The translations under genes and the position numbers were made by a program. 64,000 bases of DNA from an uncultured delta proteobacterium (GTDB lineage Bacteria; Desulfobacterota; RBG-13-43-22), in contig CAWJJC010000028.1 of NCBI GenBank assembly GCA_963843145.1, forward strand, positions 192,001 through 256,000, read 5' to 3'. The stretch's first letter is position 1. The number at the start of each line of letters is the position of its first letter. Shown in pieces: positions 56,418 to 64,000 of this stretch. The notes beneath the pieces were generated by a model, which saw nothing but the letters and a program-made list of their open reading frames with translations, searched no databases and had not been told where the DNA came from.

Positions 56418-57812
56418 TTAAATCGATTTTTCCTTTAGGATGAGAGGCAAAAGGAAAAAGTTCAGCCCCGTCCCCCCGGTGAATACGTAGGCCTCGCCCC
56501 GGTCGGCCTCACGGCCATCGGCTCCGACCAGAACCGTGTCGCTGCTGATGGCTACCGAAAATCCAAACCTGTCACTGGTGGCTCCGGCGAAGTCGCTCAA
56601 GGCGCTCGTCTGGCCCCGTGTCCCGCTCCAGCCCAAGATGGGCCTGACAAACACGAAGGCCGATCCCTGGTCGGCATTGAGGCCGACGGCGGAGTGGGGA
56701 GCCCCGACCAGGGCGATGTCGCTGCGGATGGCTACCGAAGACCCGAAACCGATCCCAGCGGCACCGCCGAAGGCGGTCAAAATGGCGGTCTGGGATCGGG
56801 CGCCGCTCCACCCGTCCACCGGCCTGGCAAAGACATAGGCCAGGCCCTGACCGGCATTGAGGCCGAGGGCGGAATCAGGTGCTCCGACCAAGGCGGTGTC
56901 GCCGCTGATGGCCACCGAAGAGCCGAAATGATCGCCGGCTCCGCCCCCGAAAGCGCTCAATTCCGCGGTCTGAGACCGGGTGCCATTCCACCCGGCCAGC
57001 GGTCTGGAAAAGACATAGGCCAGGCCCTGGCCGGCATTGAGGCCGACGGCGGAATCAGGTGCTCCCACCAGGGCGGTGTCGCCGCTAATGGCCGCCGAAG
57101 AGCCGAAATGATCTCCGGTGCCGCCGCCGAAAGCGCTTAATTCCGCGGTCTGAGGCCGGGTGCCATTCCACCCGGCCAGCGGCTTGACAAAGACGTAGGC
57201 CAGGCCCTGGTCGGCATTGAGGCCGACGGCGGCATTGGGCGCCCCGACCAGGATGGAATCGCCGTCAATGGCCACCGAAGAGCCAAAGCCGTCGCCGGCG
57301 GCGCCGTCGGAGGCAACCAGTGCGGCGGTCTGGGTTCGGGTGCCGCTCCATCCGGTAATCGGCTTGGTAAAGACATAGGCCAGGCCCTGGCCGGCATTGG
57401 TGCCGAGGATGGCTTTAGGCGCCCCGACCACGATGGTATCGCCGTTAATGGCTACCGAAGAGCCGAAGCCGTCGCCGGCGGCGCTGCCGGAGGCAATCAG
57501 GGTGGCGGACTGAGTTCGGGTGCCGCTCCACCCGGCCGGAGGCCTGACATAGACGTAAGCCCTGCCCGGCGAGGCCGCCCCGACCACGATGGTATCTCCG
57601 CTGACGGCAACTGACCGGCCGAAATGGTCGCTGGCGACCCCGCCGGAGGCGGTCAGTTTGGCGGCTTGGGTCCAGGGGACCGGCGACAAAGCGGCGCCTG
57701 CGCTGGGTCCGCTGCCCTGGGCCGTCCCGGCGGCCCAGGGAGAAAAAACGGAGGCCGTCATAAACAACGTCATGAACAAGAAGAAAAGGCTCAAGCCCCA
57801 TGCTTTTCTCAT
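56418..57812 (-). CDS. Secreted seven-FG-GAP-repeat (integrin-alpha-like) beta-propeller
   Basis: Seven FGxSVAIxGD..VGA repeats with ~180-bp DNA period; signal peptide; C-terminal FLLPLILK. Confidence 0.87.
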   Translation of the reverse strand: MRKAWGLSLFFLFMTLFMTASVFSPWAAGTAQGSGPSAGAALSPVPWTQAAKLTASGGVASDHFGRSVAVSGDTIVVGAASPGRAYVYVRPPAGWSGTRTQSATLIASGSAAGDGFGSSVAINGDTIVVGAPKAILGTNAGQGLAYVFTKPITGWSGTRTQTAALVASDGAAGDGFGSSVAIDGDSILVGAPNAAVGLNADQGLAYVFVKPLAGWNGTRPQTAELSAFGGGTGDHFGSSAAISGDTALVGAPDSAVGLNAGQGLAYVFSRPLAGWNGTRSQTAELSAFGGGAGDHFGSSVAISGDTALVGAPDSALGLNAGQGLAYVFARPVDGWSGARSQTAILTAFGGAAGIGFGSSVAIRSDIALVGAPHSAVGLNADQGSAFVFVRPILGWSGTRGQTSALSDFAGATSDRFGFSVAISSDTVLVGADGREADRGEAYVFTGGTGLNFFLLPLILKEKSI

Positions 57813-57956
57813 CCGGTCTCCTTAACGCCAGGTTGAAATGACCTGTTCGCTCCCCGCCCAGGGAGCGTTCAGAAAATAGTATATTGCTTCATACCTTTTT
57901 GGGCGGGGAAACCCCAACCCAAAAAAATCGGGAAAAATATTTTCCCGATGGCCAGG

Positions 57957-59324
57957 TTATTTTTTCATCGCGCCTCGGATCCGCTCTTTCAACCGGTCCT
58001 GGATACGCAGGAAGGCGTCCACCACATCCGGGTGGAACTGGGCGCCTCGTTCCCGGGCGATGATTTTCACCGCTTCGGCATGAGGGCGTTCGGTCTGGTA
58101 GCAGCGGTCCGAGGTCAGGGCGTCGTAGGTGTCGGCTACCGCCACGATGAGGGCCGATAAAGGAATTTCCTCCCCCTTTAAGCCATGGGGGTAGCCGCCG
58201 CCGTCGTAGCGTTCATGATGGAAGAGGGCGATTTCCCGGCCCATGGCGATGAAGCTGGCCTGCCCCAGCTTTTCATCCATATCGCGCAGCGCCTCTCCCC
58301 CGATAGAGGTGTGGCGTTTGATGGCCTCGTATTCCTCGGCGGTGAGCGGGCCCGGTTTGAGGAGGATGGCGTCCGGAATCGCCACTTTGCCCAGGTCGTG
58401 CAGGCTGCAGGAGTCGGTCAGGTTGTCCACAAATCCGGCGTCAATCCGGCCTTGGTATCTCTGGTCCCGCCCCAGTTCCAGGGCGATTTCCCGGCAGAGG
58501 GTGCGGATTCGATCCAGATGCTCGCCGGTATATTTATCCCTGGAGTCGGCCAGTTTGGCCAGTCCGAATATCGTCGCCTGCTGGGTCTTCAACTGAACCT
58601 CCTGCTGTTCCTCCAACTGTTTGACCTTTCGGACCAGGGCCTGCTGTTTCTTATCCACCAGGACTTCCAGAGAACTGGAGTGCTCCCGTAGCATGGCCTG
58701 CACCCCTTCCAGGTCCACCCGCAGCAGATACTCTTTCCAACGGAGGCGCATATTGGTATGGGCGCCCACGTAGGCGATGACCAGGGTCGCGACGACGAAA
58801 AGGTTGTTGGCCAGGAAAACAAAGTCATAATGGGGCCAGTTTATAGTCAGCGTCAAGGTCAAATAGATCGCGTAGAGCACCAGGGTGTGCAGCAAGGTGC
58901 GACTGGCCCGGACCGGGAGGAGGAGGCAAAAACCTATGAACACCAGGTTCAACCCGGCATAATAGGGGGTGGATAAGCTGTCCAGGTTCAGGATCATCAT
59001 GATGATGATCCCTCCGACCAGGTAGAAGGCCGTCAATCCCAGGTAAAAACTCTGGTCGCCCCATTCCCGGGAGCGGTTAACGGCCCAGAGGATCAGGCAG
59101 CCGCCGGAGGCAATCATCCGATAGACCAGGAAAGTCCTCCATTGGGCCGGGTAGAGGAAATAATCCAGCAGGGCGAAAAGAGGCACCAGAAAGACTCCCA
59201 GCAAGAGGATGACGTCCACCCGATGACGAAGGAGGGGAGTCAGGTCTTGATAAAAACGCGAAACCTGTTCCGGATTCGTTTCGGTGGTCTTCCAATCTTC
59301 GAAAAAAGATTTGCTGAGTACGAT
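57957..59324 (-). CDS. Multi-TM sensor + HD-GYP phosphodiesterase (start uncertain: ATC 59324 or GTG 59219)
   Basis: TGEHLDR, HDLGK, HHERYDGGGYP, ADTYDAL..R; N-terminal TMs with LDY..YP and PYYAGLNLV. Confidence 0.88.
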   Translation of the reverse strand: MVLSKSFFEDWKTTETNPEQVSRFYQDLTPLLRHRVDVILLLGVFLVPLFALLDYFLYPAQWRTFLVYRMIASGGCLILWAVNRSREWGDQSFYLGLTAFYLVGGIIIMMILNLDSLSTPYYAGLNLVFIGFCLLLPVRASRTLLHTLVLYAIYLTLTLTINWPHYDFVFLANNLFVVATLVIAYVGAHTNMRLRWKEYLLRVDLEGVQAMLREHSSSLEVLVDKKQQALVRKVKQLEEQQEVQLKTQQATIFGLAKLADSRDKYTGEHLDRIRTLCREIALELGRDQRYQGRIDAGFVDNLTDSCSLHDLGKVAIPDAILLKPGPLTAEEYEAIKRHTSIGGEALRDMDEKLGQASFIAMGREIALFHHERYDGGGYPHGLKGEEIPLSALIVAVADTYDALTSDRCYQTERPHAEAVKIIARERGAQFHPDVVDAFLRIQDRLKERIRGAMKK

Positions 59325-59339
59325 GGGTTCCTCCTCAGG

Positions 59340-60872
59340 CTAAAGTGGCGCGGCCGTTTTACGGGCGATCAGGAAAAGGTTGACCCCTTCCGGTTCGGAA
59401 TAAACTTCCACCTCGGCACCGAAAGGCGTGTCGGCCAGAAGGCTGCGGAGCTTCTCCGGATCGCGGTGAATCAGCTTCCATTGCAACAGATGATCCATGA
59501 AGGCCCGATTGGGGTTTCCGGGTCCGAAGTTTCCGGCCACAAACACCCCGCCCGGCTTGAGGTATTCAGAGGCTCGGCGGGCCAGGGCCTGGAAGAGATG
59601 ATCCTCCAAGTAGTCGGTCAGGCCGGCCGAGTAGATAAAGTCCAGGGGGCCAAAGGGATGCTTTTCCCGGCCGATGATCCAGCGGAGCACATCGGCCTGC
59701 ATAAAACGAATGACGGCCTGGTGGGAAAAGACATTGACCTTTTGATGGGTAAATTCCAGCGCCTCGGGGTCCGCATCCAGGCAGATGGCCTCGACGGGAG
59801 CCGGGTCCGTTCTTTCACCCAGGAAGTCAAATAGTTCCCGGCAGGATCCGCAGGCCAGATTGAGGATGCGCATGCTCTCCCGCCGGGAAGCCAGGCGGGC
59901 GGCCTCCTGTTCCAAAAGTTTTTTGAGCAGGCTCCGCCGGCCGCGCACCGCCCGGGCGGCCGAGGTGTTCAGGCACCATTGGTCCACCAGTCCCCCCAGT
60001 CGTCCGTCTCCTTGGGGCCGGTTGGCGTAAATCATTTCCATCATCTGAAAATCGCCGGCGTAGCCCTTCGGTTTATAGTAGGCCCGCTCCGCGAAGCGAC
60101 TGCGCATAAAGTAGGGAAAAATCTCTTTAAAGACATATCCCCAAAAAGGGCCCTCCAGGTCGTGGCCCTCAATCGAACGGCGAAGATCCTCCAATTCCGT
60201 GTTGAAGTGGTCCAGGATGATCTGACAGCGTTCCTGGAAAGGCTCCGGGGGTGATCCCTCCGGGAACTTTTGGAGCCGAATGGACAGGTCAAATAAGTCG
60301 GCTTTAAAGGTTTCCACCAACTGGTTAACCTTCGGCCAAAAGGGGCTTTGAAAGGAGCGAGCCGTCAAGGCCTCGGATTCCTGAAAAGACCGACGGCCGG
60401 TGGAAAGGGCCGCGGAGTAGGCCACCAGGGGTTCCCGCTCCTCGAGGACCCGTCGGAATTTGGCGCAGATTGATCGGGCCAGCAGGGTGACAAAGGCGCT
60501 GTAGAGGGCCGGGGCCCGGTTCTTCATTTCTTCCATGGATTCCTGATCCCAGGTCCGGATGACCGAGTCTTCCGTGGCTCTCAAGGTGCGGACCCGAGAA
60601 TGGTGGTCGAAGAAACCGATTTCCCCGAAAAGTTCGCCGGTTTTGATAAAGGCCACGATGATGGCCTTTTCCAAACCACCGTAAGTTACTTCCACAGTTC
60701 CAGACTCGACATAATTGAGGTTAAAGGCCTGGCTCCCCTCGGTCATAATTACCTCATATTTCGAATAGGGAAGAGGCCGGGACCATTCGATCAATGCCTG
60801 CCAGGTGAGCGGATCGCTCCCCAATCGCCGAGAGGGGGAATCCTCCCTCGTGATTTTCGCGGTGTTGGTCAT
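59340..60872 (-). CDS. cNMP-binding domain + PhcB-like SAM-dependent methyltransferase
   Basis: GELFGEIGF..R (cNMP); KPKGYAGDF, LNLACGS, DFIYSAGLTDYL, GNF. Confidence 0.82.
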   Translation of the reverse strand: MTNTAKITREDSPSRRLGSDPLTWQALIEWSRPLPYSKYEVIMTEGSQAFNLNYVESGTVEVTYGGLEKAIIVAFIKTGELFGEIGFFDHHSRVRTLRATEDSVIRTWDQESMEEMKNRAPALYSAFVTLLARSICAKFRRVLEEREPLVAYSAALSTGRRSFQESEALTARSFQSPFWPKVNQLVETFKADLFDLSIRLQKFPEGSPPEPFQERCQIILDHFNTELEDLRRSIEGHDLEGPFWGYVFKEIFPYFMRSRFAERAYYKPKGYAGDFQMMEMIYANRPQGDGRLGGLVDQWCLNTSAARAVRGRRSLLKKLLEQEAARLASRRESMRILNLACGSCRELFDFLGERTDPAPVEAICLDADPEALEFTHQKVNVFSHQAVIRFMQADVLRWIIGREKHPFGPLDFIYSAGLTDYLEDHLFQALARRASEYLKPGGVFVAGNFGPGNPNRAFMDHLLQWKLIHRDPEKLRSLLADTPFGAEVEVYSEPEGVNLFLIARKTAAPL

Positions 60873-61296
60873 AAGGCGCCCATTTCTGTCGGTTTTTTCC
60901 CTCCCATATAGCCTGAAGGGCTGCGGGAGGGGAAAGTTTTGTCTTCACTTTTTATTATCTGACAGGAAGGTAGAGAAGATGAAAAATAATATGTATCCCT
61001 AACCATTATCGGAATAATCGAAAAAAAAATAAATGTAAATCCTTAATTTTTTTTGAGGATGACGGGGAAGTAAAAAAGATCTTTAATTTACAATGGTTAC
61101 ACAATTTTTAGGGTCCAAGCCGATAAAACCTCCATCGATATCAGGCCGGTGAACCTAGAGGGAATGATTCCCTTCTTCCTTGACCCTCCAGAGGAAACGG
61201 CGTACAGTTCCATCCGTTGAAAACCCTTTCGCCGAGACGCGGCATTCATCCCCGGTAGAGGGGTATCCACCCCGGAGGACGAACCGTAATAAAAGT

Positions 61297-62871
61297 ATGG
61301 CTAAGACTAATTCCGTAGAGATCAACGAGCAATTTCAACGGGCCCTGGACCTGATGGAGAAGACCCAGCGGCAGGTCTTCATCACCGGCAAGGCGGGAAC
61401 GGGCAAATCCACACTGCTTGATTATTTCCGGAGAACCACGAAAAAGAAAGTGGCCGTGCTGGCGCCCACCGGAGTGGCCGCCCTCAACGTTCAGGGCCAG
61501 ACCATCCATTCATTCTGCGGATTCAAACCGAATATATCTCTGGAAAACGTCAAAAAGATTGCCCGCAAGGACAGTCCCCGGGCGGTTCTCCTTCGGAATC
61601 TGGACACCCTGGTAATCGACGAGATCTCCATGGTCCGGGCCGATCTCCTGGATTGCGTGGAAAAATTCCTGCGTCTCAACGGGCCCCGGTCCTCCCAGCC
61701 GTTCGGGGGACTCCAGATGATTCTAATCGGCGATCTGTATCAGCTTCCTCCGGTCCTCACCTCGGCGGAAAAAACCGTCTTCAGCCTTCACTATGAGACG
61801 CCCTACTTCTTTTCCGCCCATATTTTGAATGACCCGGAGTTCAACCTGGAATTGGTGGAACTGGAGAAAATTTACCGGCAGACCGATGCTGATTTCATCG
61901 GTTTGTTGAATGCCATCCGCAACCGCTCGGCGGACGAGGAGGACCTGACCCGTCTGAACCGTAATTGCAACCCGGCCTTTGTCCCCCCGGAGAACGAATT
62001 TTACATTTACCTGACCAGCACCAACGATCAGGCCCTGACGCGGAACCGGGAAAAGCTGGGCCGTCTGCCCGGCCGATTTTATACCTATGAGGCTACGGCC
62101 CAGGGGGATTTTGAACGCTCCGCCTATCCGACCGACGAGCACCTGGAAGTGAAGCGGGGGGCCCAGGTCATGCTTCTGAACAACGACTCCCTGGGCCGCT
62201 GGGTCAACGGCTCGATCGGCCGGATTGTTAAAATTCATCGCCAGGCCGACGGGGAAGATCGTATCGAAGTGGAATTGCCCAGCGGCCGGAGGGTGGAGGT
62301 AACGCCCTTCCGCTGGCAGATTTTTCGTTTTGACTATGATTCGGAGGCCAAAAAGATATTTTCGGAGCCGGTGGGATCTTTTACTCAATATCCCCTCAAA
62401 CTGGCCTGGGCCATTACCATTCATAAGAGCCAGGGGAAGACCTTCCCCAAAGTGGTCATCGACATCGGTCGCGGCACCTTTGCCCACGGCCAGATTTATG
62501 TGGCCTTGAGCCGCTGTACCGGGCTTGAGGGGTTAATCCTCAGCCAGCCCATCCGGAAACAGCATATCCTGATGGATTACCGGGTAGTGAATTTCCTGAC
62601 GCGTTTTCAATATCAAAAGGCCGAGGAAAAGCTGTCCCACCAGGAAAAGGTGCTCCTGGTCAGAGAGGCGATTGCGCAAAAAGGGGATCTCGATATCGTT
62701 TATCTGAAACCGGACGACACCAAATCCCGGCGCCGCATCCGTCCGGAAGCCTTTGGGCCGATGGAGTACCAGGGAAAGGCCTTTGAGGGCCTGCGGGCCT
62801 ACTGTTATGAGCGGAAGGGCCAGCGGACCTTCCGCCTCGACCGGATGCTGGAAATTACCCGGACCGGGTAA
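61297..62871 (+). CDS. Pif1-family SF1B helicase with C-terminal WYL-like domain
   Basis: GKAGTGKS, IDEISMV, GDLYQLPP, AITIHKSQGKT, YVALSR; tail RRIRP..RAYC..RTFRLDRM. Confidence 0.9.
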   Translation: MAKTNSVEINEQFQRALDLMEKTQRQVFITGKAGTGKSTLLDYFRRTTKKKVAVLAPTGVAALNVQGQTIHSFCGFKPNISLENVKKIARKDSPRAVLLRNLDTLVIDEISMVRADLLDCVEKFLRLNGPRSSQPFGGLQMILIGDLYQLPPVLTSAEKTVFSLHYETPYFFSAHILNDPEFNLELVELEKIYRQTDADFIGLLNAIRNRSADEEDLTRLNRNCNPAFVPPENEFYIYLTSTNDQALTRNREKLGRLPGRFYTYEATAQGDFERSAYPTDEHLEVKRGAQVMLLNNDSLGRWVNGSIGRIVKIHRQADGEDRIEVELPSGRRVEVTPFRWQIFRFDYDSEAKKIFSEPVGSFTQYPLKLAWAITIHKSQGKTFPKVVIDIGRGTFAHGQIYVALSRCTGLEGLILSQPIRKQHILMDYRVVNFLTRFQYQKAEEKLSHQEKVLLVREAIAQKGDLDIVYLKPDDTKSRRRIRPEAFGPMEYQGKAFEGLRAYCYERKGQRTFRLDRMLEITRTG

Positions 62872-64000
62872 AAGAAAAGCTTTTGTTCCCCAGTTTGATT
62901 TCATCCCCTTCCTTCAGTGGTGCGGATTCCACCTTTTGGCCGTTTACAAATACCCCGTTGGTGCTGCCCAGATCCCGGATAAAGAAATTTTTTCCCTCTC
63001 GGAAAATCTCGCAGTGATGTCCCGAAATGGTCTTTTCCTGAGGGAAAGCCAGGTGGTTGTCGCCCGCGCGACCGATTTTTACTACCGGGAGACGCAGGTC
63101 ATAGAATTCTTTTTGCCCGGCCGGGGACATCGAAATAAGTTGGGGGGGGCCGACCATTAGAGTGGCCTCCAGATCCAGGGGGCGAGGCGGGGACCCCGGG
63201 GTCGGCCGGGGAGTTTCTTGCGGAAGGGGAGGGGGGGCAGGATTGGAAACGGGTGGGCTGGACGCGGGTTGGGGGGTCTGGACGGCGGGTGAAGGCGTCC
63301 GAGGCGGCGCAGGGATTTCCATCACGGGAAACCCGCAAGCCGGGCAGAATTTCGCCTCCGGATCCGGGATCGGGGTATGGCAACTAAGGCACAGGGGCGC
63401 CCTGGGGTGATAGGCCGGTTTCGGAGGTTCAGGGGGCGTGGCGGGTTTGGCCGGTTGGGGCGCCCTGGCCGGTCCCGAGGGCCGTTGCGGGGGAGGCGGC
63501 GCGACCGGCGGTCCGGACCGGGTCCCCGCCTCGACGCCCGAAGCGCTATTTTCCAGGAGGTCGTCATAAAAGCGGGCCACGGCGGTCTGTAGATAAGGCA
63601 TGATCCACAAAAACCCGATGCCCATGGTCAAGGCCCCCAGCAGGAACCAGCCGAAAAAACGGAGGAAGAGACAAAACAGTTTCCAGCGGTTGCCGTTCAT
63701 CAAGGTTTTGCTTCTCAGCAGGGCCTCCTTTCCTTTCAGTCCCGGATTTTCCGCCATCAGGAAAAAGGTCAGGGCATAGGACAGAGCGGCCATGATTCCG
63801 GGGATGATGAACAGTAGGGACCAGAGGAAAATGAATAAGGCCATCAAGAGATAAGTAATCAGGGCGTCCACGAACCGTTGCAGCCCGTCAAAGAGCTGGG
63901 ATAAGGCCGCCTCTTGTTTCCTCGACAGGGTCAGGATGAAGTAGGTAAGGCCCAGGAACAGCGGGCCCCCGATGATCAGGGTGGATACACGTCCAATCAG
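62855..64000 (-). CDS. DUF975 membrane domain + zinc ribbon + FHA (5' end off window)
   Basis: Frame open to the window edge; LWSLLFIIPGI..SY..WIMPY, CLSC..CPAC, IGRA..SGHH..STNG. Confidence 0.85.
   Translation of the reverse strand: MIGRVSTLIIGGPLFLGLTYFILTLSRKQEAALSQLFDGLQRFVDALITYLLMALFIFLWSLLFIIPGIMAALSYALTFFLMAENPGLKGKEALLRSKTLMNGNRWKLFCLFLRFFGWFLLGALTMGIGFLWIMPYLQTAVARFYDDLLENSASGVEAGTRSGPPVAPPPPQRPSGPARAPQPAKPATPPEPPKPAYHPRAPLCLSCHTPIPDPEAKFCPACGFPVMEIPAPPRTPSPAVQTPQPASSPPVSNPAPPPLPQETPRPTPGSPPRPLDLEATLMVGPPQLISMSPAGQKEFYDLRLPVVKIGRAGDNHLAFPQEKTISGHHCEIFREGKNFFIRDLGSTNGVFVNGQKVESAPLKEGDEIKLGNKSFSFTRSG

Overview
A 64-kb chromosomal window, roughly 55% GC by eye. Gene content points to an anaerobic Desulfobacterota (delta-proteobacterial) organism: tetraheme cytochrome c3, a DVU0772-like protein, an IspH-UbiA fusion, tRNA-Sec and sigma54 promoters. 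Housekeeping and metabolic genes include an acetate uptake/activation cluster (acs, actP, DUF485, exonuclease), ppdK, a CCA-type nucleotidyltransferase, larB, prmA, rsmE, tRNA-Phe, pxpA, ferredoxin, tatA, radC, rlmE, a LipS1/Lpl/flavoprotein/LipS2 lipoate-assembly operon (lipS2 frameshifted), a fur-feoB-dtxR metal operon, ispH and dus. Two loci stand out as candidate undescribed systems. (1) Downstream of selC, a cNMP-domain PhcB-like methyltransferase is followed in the same frame by a PhcS-like membrane sensor fused to an HD-GYP phosphodiesterase. This looks like a methyl-ester quorum-sensing module wired to c-di-GMP rather than to a histidine kinase. (2) A six-gene cluster encodes a lipoprotein, an FHA-cNMP-degenerate AAA+-membrane Fe-S chimera, a TPR Ser/Thr kinase and three exported LysM paralogues that all end in FGPK. 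Other observations are a ~196-nt rod-like candidate ncRNA, several intergenic palindrome and short-repeat families, toxin-antitoxin relics on both sides of selC, and two genes that may use ATN start codons. All family assignments come from motif recognition by eye; no database searches were run.
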